A stretch of 64,000 bases of DNA from Candidatus Bathyarchaeota archaeon (lineage in GTDB: Archaea > Thermoproteota > Bathyarchaeia > Bathyarchaeales > Bathycorpusculaceae). The stretch covers positions 23,721-87,720 of the forward strand of contig CAVYXJ010000006.1 in NCBI GenBank assembly GCA_963772455.1. The letters are read 5' to 3'. The notes under the pieces are model-generated. The model made no database searches, was not told where the DNA came from, and saw nothing but the letters and a program-made list of their open reading frames with translations. The position numbers and the translations under genes are program-made. Every line of letters begins with the position of its first letter. Position 1 is the first letter of the stretch. Shown one piece after another: positions 23,021 through 33,364 of the stretch.

Positions 23021-23667
23021 TAAAAAGAAAAATAGTAAATATTGACGAAAACCTCTGCAATGGATGTGGCAACTGCATCCCCAAATGTGCAGAAGGCGCA
23101 CTCCAAATAGTAAACGGCAAAGCAAAAATAATCAAAGAAACCTACTGCGACGGCTTGGGCGCATGCTTGGGACAATGTCCCCAAGGTGCAATAACAATAA
23201 CAGAACGGGAAGCCCCGGCTTTTAGTGAAGCTGAAGTCCACGAACATCTAAAAAACAAAGCAACCGCATCCTCATCAACAGCCAGCCAAACTGCCGCATC
23301 TTCGCAGAAACCCCAGTGGCCTATAAAACTTAACCTCGTTCCAGTCAAAGCACCGTTTTTTGAAAACGCTAACTTACTATTGGCAGCTGATTGCGCACCT
23401 GTCGCCCTCAAGAAATTCCATGACTTCATAGCAGGAAAACGAGTTATCATAGGATGCCCAAAATTCGACGACGCAAGAGTCTATGCACAAAAACTAACAG
23501 AAATCTTCCAACAAAACAATATCGCCAGCATAACAGTTGTCCACATGGAAGTGCCCTGTTGCACAGGATTAAAATGGGCAGTCAACAAGGCGCTTGAAAA
23601 TTCAGGCAAAAAAATTCCCACTAAAGAATTCGAGGTCAAGATTGGAGGTGAAGTAGTTGAGCTCTAA
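23017..23667 (+). CDS. 4Fe-4S dicluster protein with a Cys-rich C-terminal domain
   Basis: CNGCGNCIPKC, CDGLGACLGQCP, QWP, AADC, GCPKFD, MEVPCC. Confidence 0.9.
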   Translation: MIKRKIVNIDENLCNGCGNCIPKCAEGALQIVNGKAKIIKETYCDGLGACLGQCPQGAITITEREAPAFSEAEVHEHLKNKATASSSTASQTAASSQKPQWPIKLNLVPVKAPFFENANLLLAADCAPVALKKFHDFIAGKRVIIGCPKFDDARVYAQKLTEIFQQNNIASITVVHMEVPCCTGLKWAVNKALENSGKKIPTKEFEVKIGGEVVEL

Positions 23668-23908
23668 AGAAAAAGTTGAAAAGAACCCTGAAACATGTCC
23701 AGGCTTACGCGACATGTTACAACCAAAACCAGCATACATCAAATGTCACGTTTGTGGTGGAGATTTGGAAATCTGGAGCGACGAAGACAAAACAACTTGT
23801 CCAGAATGCGGAGCGGAATGGAAACGCCCAGACAAATCAGCTGCATGCCTAGAATATTGTCAATATGCAGACAAATGCAGAGGCATAATAGAAACACGTA
23901 AACGTTGA
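23657..23908 (+). CDS. Small Cys-rich zinc/Fe-S binding protein
   Basis: CPG, CHVCG, CPECG, CLEYCQYADKC; overlaps the upstream stop codon. Confidence 0.8.
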   Translation: MSSKEKVEKNPETCPGLRDMLQPKPAYIKCHVCGGDLEIWSDEDKTTCPECGAEWKRPDKSAACLEYCQYADKCRGIIETRKR

Positions 23909-24373
23909 AATAAAGAATCAACCTTATTTTTTCTTTATCAAAAAAAATTAACATACTTTCAAAACTTTCTTTTATTCTGAAGCCTTTTGAAATCTGGTAC
24001 AACCAAAAAATAAAAATATTTGCACGCGTCATTTTAAATTAGGGGTACCTGTTTAAACAAAAAGTTTTCATTGATGGCAAGATCCTGCATGAATGTATTT
24101 AGATGAGATTAGATTCCGAACCAAAGTTTAAGAAAACTAATAACTTACAGCGGCTTTAAAGTTAAAATAATGTCTTAGTTCATTACAAACTAATATTCTG
24201 AGTGACTTAACAACAGCCAAACAATCGCATACCATTCCTATAAAGGAATAAGAGTAAAAATAACGTAAATCTGCAACCATATGCGCTCTTATTTATGACC
24301 TCTGCGTGTTTAAATATTATAAAAAGCATCATAACTAAATTGTGGGAATTGAACTCGCAAGGAGAGAGCGATA

Positions 24374-25180
24374 ATGAAGGATACATTCATTTTCTTTGGC
24401 AGAGAAGAAGATATTTTAGTAATAAAGCCATTTTTCAAAGATTTTGATGTAACTTCTGACATATCTAAAGCTACCAAAGGAGTTGTAGTTGGCGGAGATG
24501 GATGTATCCTAAATGATTCAGTAAAGTATCCAATATTGCAAAACCAACTGCCAGTAATTAAAGTTCATTTTAGATCAAATTCTTACAAGTCTTTAGGATA
24601 TACAATGGATGTCAATGTTAGCAACATTAAAACAGCCATAACCGACCTTGAGAAAGGATTGTATTTAATCAACAAAAACAGATTATTAGAATTAAATGTT
24701 GACGGTAGAATTTATTATGCCCTCAATGATGTAGCAATTAATGCTAAATTAAATCGAAGTATACTTATGAAAACATACTTGGAATCGCATAAGTACAAAG
24801 ATAGCTTATTGATTCCGACTCCTAAATGCACTGGCTTAATGGTTTCATCTGCATATGGTTCTACAGCCTGGAACTTAGCGGTTGATGGTGCTATTGTAAT
24901 AGAAGATAATATCGATGTAATGTTGCTTACATTTCGAGAGTCACCATTAAAACCAGACCACTTTATTTTATCAGATAGAGTTACCCTAAATATAGAATCC
25001 AAAACACCCTTAGTCGCAATAATAGATGGCAAATTTTACGAGATAGATGACTATGAACAACGAATAACTATTAAACTGTCAGAAAAAATCATTCCTACAA
25101 TTAGAACTAAGAATACCTATGAAACAATTACATCTAAATTAGAAAGACTAACAGCATTTCAATTTGAGCAGATAAAATAG
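24374..25180 (+). CDS. Divergent NAD(+) kinase-like protein
   Basis: GGDG, ALND, GLMVSSAYGSTAW, IDG motifs of the ATP-NAD kinase family. Confidence 0.75.
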   Translation: MKDTFIFFGREEDILVIKPFFKDFDVTSDISKATKGVVVGGDGCILNDSVKYPILQNQLPVIKVHFRSNSYKSLGYTMDVNVSNIKTAITDLEKGLYLINKNRLLELNVDGRIYYALNDVAINAKLNRSILMKTYLESHKYKDSLLIPTPKCTGLMVSSAYGSTAWNLAVDGAIVIEDNIDVMLLTFRESPLKPDHFILSDRVTLNIESKTPLVAIIDGKFYEIDDYEQRITIKLSEKIIPTIRTKNTYETITSKLERLTAFQFEQIK

Positions 25181-25292
25181 TTTATTTTGCTCATGAGATA
25201 GAAAGGAAGTATTATTCACCTTATTCGTACAATAATCAAAAGAAAGAACGGAAAGTTGCGCCAAAAAAGACGGCTCAACTTAGAATGGCAAT

Positions 25293-26172
25293 TTAGCACT
25301 GTTTTTCTTCACTGCAACTGATATTAACGAGCATTGCAGCAAATAGAAACGCTATAGCAATAGTCGCGGGCAGTTCTGGAATTGTAGGTGAAGGGCTAAA
25401 ACTCGTAGGAACAGGTGTATTCGTTGAGGTTAAACTTGTTGGAGATGCGGTAGTTGTTGGAGTTTGAGTGATTGCTACTGTATATTCGGATGTTGCCTCG
25501 TATTGATCAGACTCAGCCACTATTACCATGCTTGTATACGATTTGCCTGCGGTAATAAAGAATCCCATTTGAAAGGTACCTGTTTGTCCGGGGTCCACAT
25601 TATAGGGTTGTGCTGTACTACTTGTTACGGCTACTACATTTCCAGTTCCGCTTGGTCCATCATAGACAGTGGCATATACCCTAGTATAAGTGGCTGTTTC
25701 GGCACCAGTGTTCTTCAACGTTCCAGTTATCATCATGTTATTGATGATGTTTTCTTCACTTGTAGCAGACGCTATTTCAAGGGCTTGAGGCAACGGTTCG
25801 GATGCCATGGTAAGATCCATTAGCTCCACTTTGTAAGAGGTCACTAACGATCCTGCAACTGCAGCAGTTCCTGCAAATGGAGCTTTTCTTCCTGGCAATA
25901 TTGTGTGGATTAATGCATCATGTTCATCTTCGTCAATGCCTTCACTTGATGTGAATGTTATTTTAACGTAGACGTTTTTGGCTGCGGTGTCTCCAGTGTT
26001 TTTAACTTCTCCGTACTACATTGTAGAAGCCTGCAGACTCAAGTATTCCCTGGTGGTTTATGATAGTTATTTGTTCTGCTGCTTTAACAGGTTCTACTGT
26101 TAAAGCGAACATAGTTGACATCAAGGCTAATATTGCAACATATGCAAGAAACTCAATTATTTTTTTAGTCAT
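25293..26172 (-). CDS. FxLYD-like surface protein with a PEF-type C-terminal sorting signal (indel near 26015)
   Basis: Signal peptide from 26172; repeated G..KNTG..A and ATVYD; Thr/Pro linker; IPELP plus TM helix. Confidence 0.75.
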
Positions 26173-26487
26173 TTTTATCACAGTTTTGAATTATCCGATT
26201 TAATATTTAAGATTTAAGGTCGAATCAGTATCGAGTCATGTGTCTCCAGCAACAACCAAAAAGAAACTAAAGCACAAACAATAAAAAAGATTGAACAAAG
26301 AATTGTTTGACCAAAAGGAGAAAAATAGATTTGGAATAACCTAAGTCTGTTTAAACAAATATATTCAACCTAATTGAACCAAAGATAACCGATGTATTTC
26401 TGGTTACCATTTGCAACTATCCAAGACTCTTTTATTTTTTTAACTTGGAGTAAGGTCAGTCGTCGTAGTGGTTGTTGGATTAAATTT

Positions 26488-26521
<34 letters not shown>

Positions 26522-26650
26522 TAAAGTATGAACTCAAGCGCGCGCATAGGCGTGAGAGTTGATACTTTTATAAGCTCACACATAAACATTAGAAAATGTA
26601 AAGTAATAAATGAGAAAGTCTAGAGGGCATGTGGAGTTGGAGGGAATTGG

Positions 26651-26848
26651 ATGAAGTACAATTGTAGGATGTTTAGATCTACAAGGGAAAATTGGGAAAA
26701 TCCAAAGAAGCTTGAAAAAGTAGTTGTTACTTTTGAATCTAAGACATTAGCTGAGGCTAAGGAAAAAGCACGACATGAGGCTCAAATGCTGGATATGCAA
26801 AGTGCTAATAAGATTGTACGAGAAGATCGAGATAGAAGTAGATGGTAA
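26651..26848 (+). CDS. Hypothetical small protein
   Basis: 65-aa ORF preceded by GGAGG. Confidence 0.6.
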   Translation: MKYNCRMFRSTRENWENPKKLEKVVVTFESKTLAEAKEKARHEAQMLDMQSANKIVREDRDRSRW

Positions 26849-27082
26849 ATGGCAACCAATTCCTTGGATTTGATACCTCGATCTGTTTCTCAGTCACATT
26901 TTGGCATTCAACCGATACAACATGTAGGAGAGAGTAAGTTCGTAGTCGTATGAGTTTGCGAGAGCTATTCTATCGTGATAAGTTTGTTATGATGTAATTA
27001 TGTAAACGCTTGGTGATTATTTGCCGCCCAAGGATTCAAATGAGAGTGCAAATCATCAAATAATCCTTAACGTGTTCTACTC

Positions 27083-27625
27083 TTAATTTATGACTTTTAA
27101 TATAATCTTCCATTTGATTAGAAATGATTCATTAGCTAAAGTTGCATCACTTAAGACTACGTAACCATCTGTTTCAGTATTTCCACTCCTCCATTCAACA
27201 AATCCTTTGAATATTTTTGGATGACAACTGGGAAATTGTTTTGAAAATTCTATTGCTTCAGCCAAAATCATAAAATCGTTCCTTAACTCCTGAAAATCCG
27301 GACGTTTGAGGCAAAATTGAGGGAAAGCTGCATTTCTAGAAGGGTAAAGCTTTGTTTCGAGTTTCTTCAATAATTGAAAGCTTTGTTTGAGTTCTCGGAA
27401 GTATTTCAGCACATTAATGCCTCGTTGGGTGACTGCAAAGACTATTTTAGCTTTTCCAATGGTTCGCTCTTCAACTAAGCCTTGTTTGACTAAGAAGTTC
27501 AAGTCTTCTTTAAGCACACTGCAATTAAGATTGGCCTTGTACATTATAGGTGTCAGTTTTAGAGGACCTTTTTGCGCTAATACGCTAATTATTTCAATGT
27601 ATATTTCGAGATGACTGCGTCTCAT
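27083..27625 (-). CDS. ArnR1-like winged-helix regulator; C-terminal extension probably an indel fusion with a second ORF
   Basis: MRRSHLEIY..I...LT.IMYKANLN...L..L...GLV...VT.RG. Confidence 0.8.
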   Translation of the reverse strand: MRRSHLEIYIEIISVLAQKGPLKLTPIMYKANLNCSVLKEDLNFLVKQGLVEERTIGKAKIVFAVTQRGINVLKYFRELKQSFQLLKKLETKLYPSRNAAFPQFCLKRPDFQELRNDFMILAEAIEFSKQFPSCHPKIFKGFVEWRSGNTETDGYVVLSDATLANESFLIKWKIILKVIN

Positions 27626-28060
27626 AGTGAGATCTCCATTTCAATTCAGTAAGATTGAAGAGTATTTATAAACCTTCTTATGCTTTATTCAAGCAATTAT
27701 TCTTTTTATTGACAATAATTCAAATATATTATAAAAATGAATTAATTATATGCATTTATTATATAAAAATTTGTTTGAAATATAAAATGAGATTTAAGAA
27801 AAGTATCAAAATTGAAACTTTTTGTAGGATTTCATTTATGTTTGATAAACTTAGAAAGCTGAATTTATTCACATGTCTCATTTGTGTTTCTATGACCCAA
27901 GAATCATTGATTTTTCCATTGAAAATAAAGCGTCTTGACTCAAACTCTTATAGTAAATCTGAATTTGTGCTCTTCAAAAGAATTGAAGCAATGGCTTTTT
28001 GTATAAAATTAGTAATCGATAATAACTACTGAGAATATACGGATTAACAAGACACATGAG

Positions 28061-28841
28061 TTGGTTCAATTGGATTATTTGTCACCCATTAGATCTGAAC
28101 TTAAACTAAAGATTTTATTAAACCTCTTAAATGGGGAGAAAAAAATATCTGAACTCAGGCTTGATGCCGAAACTCGAGATACCACAATTCTTCACGTTCT
28201 TGAAGAATTTGGTGATCTTAACCTAACAACAAAGACTCAAGGACTCTACAAACTATCGCCACTAGGCATAATCGAAGCCAAAATTCTTAAAGAGTTCATT
28301 TCGACTACTGAAGTTATTGAAAAGTTTAAGGATTTTTGGTTGTCACACAATGTAGATGATATACCAGCACACCTTCTTCAAAACATTAGGCGCACTAAAA
28401 GACTCACAATTAGTTCGAACACAAGCATCAGAACTAGGCATTGTTCACCAAACATTCATAGAAACCATCAAAACTTCCAAAAAAATAAAGGGAATATCTC
28501 CCATATTCCACCCAGACTTCATATCTTTGTTTGGACAATTGCTTGAGCAGGGAAGTACAATTGAGTTAATAATCAGCAGCGAGGTTCTCAACAAGATTAC
28601 GGGTTTTGTCGATTTTGAATTAGTAAACAAATATTTGGCAGAGGATAAGCTAAGAGTTTTTCTAAATGACGATTTGAAGATTGCTCTTGCTTTGACTGAG
28701 CACAGTTTCTCGCTTGGACTTTTTGCTTTATCTGGAACATACGATGATAGCATGGACTTGCGGTCAACTAGCACTGAGGCAATTAAGTGGGGTGAGCGTC
28801 TTTTCGAAGATGCTGTTAAGAGTAGTCAAAGAATTGGTTAG
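28061..28841 (+). CDS. wHTH plus DUF1724 (FilR1-like) transcriptional regulator (indel near 28385)
   Basis: RSELKLKILLNL, DFWLSH...IP, GISPIFHP, SLGLF...G.YD, AIKWGERLF. Confidence 0.82.
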
Positions 28842-29009
28842 AATTTGTAATTTAAGCTATTATTTTATTTTTTTATTGGATACAATCGGCTAGTATTGCT
28901 TTTTTAAAAATTATTTTATAAAAAATCGAAGCCTTATTTTGAATATGGATTAGTGATTCATAAGTTTCATTACATATTTGAAATCCATATTTGTCTGGAG
29001 AGAGGCTAA

Positions 29010-29922
29010 GTGAAAGACCAAAACTTTCACATAGAATCAACTAACCTGAAGGCGGATATGGGAAATCTTGTTTTAGAAACATACGGAGCAATATTCAAAG
29101 TTCTAAGGTTTATGGTGTCATCTTCAATTCTTTTAGCTTTAAATGGAGTTATGGTAGTAGTTTTTGGCTTTTTTTTAGACAGCGCCACAATTGTGCCTCC
29201 TTTACTTTTCGCAGCATTTCTAGTTACCTTTGCAGTTTACGGTTTAAACAAATTCACCGATAAGGCTGAAGATTCAATCAACCGACCTGAAACTTTGCCA
29301 AGAGCCTCAGGTTATTATTTGGTTTTCTCTATCGTGTCAATGATAATTGGTTTTTTGATAGGTCTATTAGAAAGTATTTTGGCTTTCTTTGTTCTTTGTG
29401 CTCCCGTCATGATTGGCGTGATTTATAGTGTAAGAATTTCAAAATCAATCCCAAGGCTCAAAGAGATTGTAGGCGTCAAAAGCCTTGTAGTTGCAGTAAG
29501 CTGGGCTTTAACAGGTTGTCTTTTGCCTGATTCTTTTTCCACGGCTAAACTTCAGGTAATTGTTATTGTTTTTGTTTATATTTTTATTCGAGTATTTGTA
29601 GGCACGATCCTGTGCGACGTCTTGGATACGAAGGGTGATTTAGCAACAAGAGTAGAAACAATACCTATAAGGTTGGGAAGAAACAAAACCAAAAAGCTCT
29701 TAATTACTTCTAAACAGCCTTGGAATTCTTTTGCCAATCTATTGCGAGGCAACTGGAATACTCATTCGTTTCGTGCCTGCGCTACTATTTGGAGTTTTAT
29801 ATGGATATTTGGCAATTTGGTTTTTCTTTAAGAATAACTGCAAAAGGTTTACTGCAGGGTTAATTTTAGATGGCGAATGGATTCCCATAGTCATCATCAT
29901 TTTCTTACTTATCAGATTATAA
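29010..29922 (+). CDS. UbiA family prenyltransferase (indel near 29710)
   Basis: NKFTDKAEDSINRP and DVLDTKGD...VETIP Asp-rich motifs; multi-TM. Confidence 0.88.
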
Positions 29923-30143
29923 AACAATCTCTCGTCTAATGCTATGCCAGTACCAAATATTGCTTCATTAGACTCTCCTAGATAAAATTTTAAGTTCTAT
30001 TAAAAAGCAAATTTGAAAATACCTAGATTCCTATACATGTTTTATCAAATAAAAAGAATTAATCAATGTCTCCATCAAAAATAATTAGAAATCCGTTTTT
30101 CAAACAACATCTTTCGATCTAAAAATGAATGTTATAGGTACGG

Positions 30144-30180
30144 GCCGGATTCGGACCGGCGACCTTCTGCACGTCAAGCA
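30144..30180 (-). repeat. Duplicated 3' part of tRNA-Val (att-like site)
   Basis: 37 nt identical to 31472..31508. Confidence 0.92.
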
Positions 30181-30316
30181 TCAGTTATAATTTTGAGGTG
30201 ACTACATTTCTGTTTTTTGTGGTCACCTATTTGGAAAATTTTTTTAAGTCGCACGATATTCTTTTAACATGAGGTCCAACGTTGGGCGTTATGTTGTTTT
30301 CCTTAATTGCAATATG

Positions 30317-30643
30317 CTAATGTAGGGCAGCGTAATATAGGGCTCGATTTTTTAATTCAATGTTCAAAGGTGGCAGATCATGTTTTAACAATATATTATT
30401 TAGAAGCAGTCGTCCGACTCTGCCATTGCCATCTTGGAAAGGGTGAACAACTTCAAACTGGTTATGAACTACAGCCAGCCAAAACAAGAGGCGAGCACAT
30501 TGTTCTGTTTTTGTTATACCATTCGCACCAAGTTCTTTAAGCAATGAGTTAATTTGTTGTGATGGAGCTCCCGATGAATAATATTTCCCAAGGCATCCGC
30601 AACCATTCTCCACAACCTTTGCATTCACGGAAATCTCCAGCAA
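30317..30643 (-). pseudogene. Fic/Doc family fragment
   Basis: HPFQDGNGRVGR Fic motif; N-terminal part missing. Confidence 0.8.
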
Positions 30644-30649
30644 AATGTT

Positions 30650-30943
30650 CTTGAAATTCTTGAAGACAATCGTGAAGTTCTCGAATAGCTCATCAACCAG
30701 AATACGCGAACGCTCTTACTTTTCCTGATTTTGTCTATAAACAATAAAGCGGAAGGAAGACCTTTTGTAGATCGTATATAAGTCAATGCATCTGATCAAG
30801 TCCGTAATCTGAGGTATTCAGCGATATCGTGTTTGCCAGTGGCTATCCTTGAAAGGACTTCGCAGGCAGCTTCATGATTTACATCGTCTTCAACTTCGAC
30901 AGCATACTATGCACTTGTGTCACGAAGTGAAGGTTTTCCTCAT
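30650..30943 (-). pseudogene. VapC/PIN toxin remnant
   Basis: Reads DTSA*YAVEVEDDVNHEAA with an in-frame stop and further disruptions; lower boundary approximate. Confidence 0.65.
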
Positions 30944-31091
30944 ACAGGTACTTATCGTGTTCTGCAGATCCGCGATCTTTTTTGCCCGTTCGTTTTGAAC
31001 TATGGTGGACAGTGAAGAAGGGGTCTTGGGGATTTATTTTTGCTTCAATTGTAGTTTTACTGCTTTGTCTGAGAACCTGTTTAATGCTCAC
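30935..31091 (-). pseudogene. Antitoxin remnant upstream of the PIN fragment
   Basis: DPFF...GSAEHDKYLY C-terminus typical of archaeal VapB-like partners; overlaps the vapC start. Confidence 0.55.
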
Positions 31092-31460
31092 GAGTTCTTT
31101 TTGGCGTATTCTTCAAGAATGGGCTCCATTGGTTAGAGTCTCTCTGAGAAAACACGAACTTTCTTTAACCCTGTTACCGTCCTGAATGAAAGATGAACAA
31201 TCGCAAATTTAATATTTTGCCAAAAAATACAAATGTGCTTGATAGCTCCCCAATTATTTAACGTATTTCATTCATGCGAGGTGAAAACGTTGAAAAATAT
31301 AATGGTCTAAATCTCTATTTGGCAATGAATTTGTCGATGATCTAAAGCTCCATGCTTTAACCTCTCAAGAATATTAGAAAATGCTTTAAAACAATCGATT
31401 GCAAAGCTATCAAATAACAATTCTGCACAAGATAGTTTATCACCTAAAAATAAAGTTAAT

Positions 31461-31538
31461 TGGTGGGCCGAGCCGGATTCGGACCGGCGACCTTCTGCAC
31501 GTCAAGCAGATGTCCTAACCAGGCTAGACGACCGGCCC
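31461..31538 (-). tRNA. tRNA-Val(GAC), CCA encoded
   Basis: Reverse complement GGGCCGG TCGTCTAGCCTGGTTAGGAC A TCTGC TTGACGT GCAGA AGGTC GCCGG TCCGAAT CCGGC TCGGCCC A CCA folds as a cloverleaf. Confidence 0.95.
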
Positions 31539-31703
31539 ACAGTCTACAATTTTTCTACGATTTCCTATATAGGCACTTCGTCTTCTGACGCGTTGCAATA
31601 CTTGATTTTCCAGCTGGTATTAAACTATTTCCTCACACTTAATCAATATAAGAGTAGTTTTAAAGCACCTCTCACATATTATGATGTGTTTGGGTAAAGG
31701 GTT

Positions 31704-32954
31704 ATGGTTGCAACCGACGAAGTATTATCGCTACTAGTCGAATTCATAAACAAAAATTCTAACGTCGTCGACATCCAATGGGACCGCAGAATGAGCCCAC
31801 GCCTAATAGTTAACCCTTACTCAGAAAAATATGAAGAAAGACAAACCGTAGCTCACTATCTCCTATTGGCGGCATCAATTCTTGACGATACCGTAGTAGG
31901 TTATCCAGAAAATGCTCGAATGTTAATGGTTTATTTACATGAGGCTTTTGGCAGCAACTTTTTTGAAATTAAAAAAGCACATCTGTTTGAAGAAGAAATA
32001 GTGAAAGCTGATTTTTATCATGATTTAGGTCCAAACAAAAAAGCTGCATCAGAAATCTTAGCCCAAATTAATTTGTTCGTTAAATATAAAGCAGAAAAAA
32101 ACTTGCTAAAGTATGCTCAAAAATTCACTAAACCCAAAGACTTCATCGATGATATGGCACAAAACGTTGTTGCTCTCAGTGGACCGCACAAGGATCGCGC
32201 TTGGATTTATCTACGGTGGATGGTGCGTCCTTCGCCTGATCTTCAAATCTATGATCATCTCTTGCCTGAAGATCTCTATGTTCCTTTAACCAAAGAGAAT
32301 GCTAACGTAGCAGCTAGCTTAGGAATAATAAATTCTGCTTCACCTAGCCTTTGGCGCGATGAGAAAACAGAGGCAGAAGCACGCCAAAAATTAACTGATT
32401 TTGCAAAACGACTCTTTCCAAAAGACCCTGCAAAAGTTGATTATCCATTCTTTCTTTTAGGCAGATGGCTAAAACAAAAAACCCTAAACCGTTACACACT
32501 AAAAACAGCTCTCGACTTCCTTGATCGTATGCAAAAAATCACTGGGCAATCCCAAGCTTATTACCAAAAAATGAGTCGCTACAAAAGCGGGTGGGAAAAG
32601 AAAACTGCCCTGACTCTTTTGAGAATGCATATTCCCTTTGGTTATGAAACCATTAGTTTTCCTTTACCAAATGAAGTTTATACTCCAGATTTTATTTTGG
32701 AAAAAACTGTTAATGGCAGAAAAATTATTCTTGAACCACACTTTGAAATGACTAAGCATCAAGCCCGAAAATATGCACTTTTCAAACGCACCTACGGTCA
32801 CAAATTTCTATTAATCTTAGTCCTCAAAAACGATTTGATATCAATGTATCATCAGCGCAAAATATTAACTGACGATGTTTGCGATGACGTTTGGCCTATT
32901 GAATTTGTTCATCTATTAGCAGAGAAGATAAGACGTGGAACCTACGGGCAATAA
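31704..32954 (+). CDS. DUF2400 (HhH glycosylase-like) domain fused to a T7 endonuclease I-like PD-(D/E)xK domain
   Basis: YLRWMVR..PDL, L.VPL, FPKDPAKVDYPFFLLG; then YKSGWE...IPFGYE...YTPDF.L...IILEPH. Confidence 0.75.
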   Translation: MVATDEVLSLLVEFINKNSNVVDIQWDRRMSPRLIVNPYSEKYEERQTVAHYLLLAASILDDTVVGYPENARMLMVYLHEAFGSNFFEIKKAHLFEEEIVKADFYHDLGPNKKAASEILAQINLFVKYKAEKNLLKYAQKFTKPKDFIDDMAQNVVALSGPHKDRAWIYLRWMVRPSPDLQIYDHLLPEDLYVPLTKENANVAASLGIINSASPSLWRDEKTEAEARQKLTDFAKRLFPKDPAKVDYPFFLLGRWLKQKTLNRYTLKTALDFLDRMQKITGQSQAYYQKMSRYKSGWEKKTALTLLRMHIPFGYETISFPLPNEVYTPDFILEKTVNGRKIILEPHFEMTKHQARKYALFKRTYGHKFLLILVLKNDLISMYHQRKILTDDVCDDVWPIEFVHLLAEKIRRGTYGQ

Positions 32955-32995
32955 AGCCGGGTTAATTAAACTGATTACCCTTGTAGGTGTGATTT

Positions 32996-33364
32996 GTGAT
33001 GGAGCAGGACAACTTCAAATCATTAGTAGTTTGGCTTATTCTTAACGGAAAACCAGAGGAAGCTCTTGAAATATTGTCAAAAAAATACCAAGTTAAAGTT
33101 CCCAATTTGAAAGTGGGATTACCCAAAGGACACAAAATAACCGCATACGGCTGCTATGCATCTAAAAACCAGACAATCACCGTTCTAAACAGCGATGTAT
33201 TAGTCAATCCGTTTGTTATCATTCACGAATTCTACCATCACATTCGAAGCAAATCTGTTGATAGAATGCATAAAGGAACCGAAAAAGGCGCTGACAAATT
33301 TGCGCTCGACTTTATAGCGGAGTATCAAGAATTCGCTAAAAAAATTCAAAAAAACAATCAGTAA
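32996..33364 (+). CDS. Small HExxH zinc metallopeptidase-like protein
   Basis: G.Y......I strand, IIHEFYHH, downstream E..AD.FA. Confidence 0.75.
   Translation: MMEQDNFKSLVVWLILNGKPEEALEILSKKYQVKVPNLKVGLPKGHKITAYGCYASKNQTITVLNSDVLVNPFVIIHEFYHHIRSKSVDRMHKGTEKGADKFALDFIAEYQEFAKKIQKNNQ

Larger units (their letters stand above)
30144..31508. mobile_element. Decayed tRNA-integrated element remnant
   Basis: Bounded by 37-bp tRNA direct repeats; contains broken Fic and vapBC genes; no integrase seen. Confidence 0.65.

Noticed and set aside
27655-28032. 125-aa ORF between the divergent regulators
   Set aside because: Composition reflects AT-rich promoter DNA; no recognisable protein features
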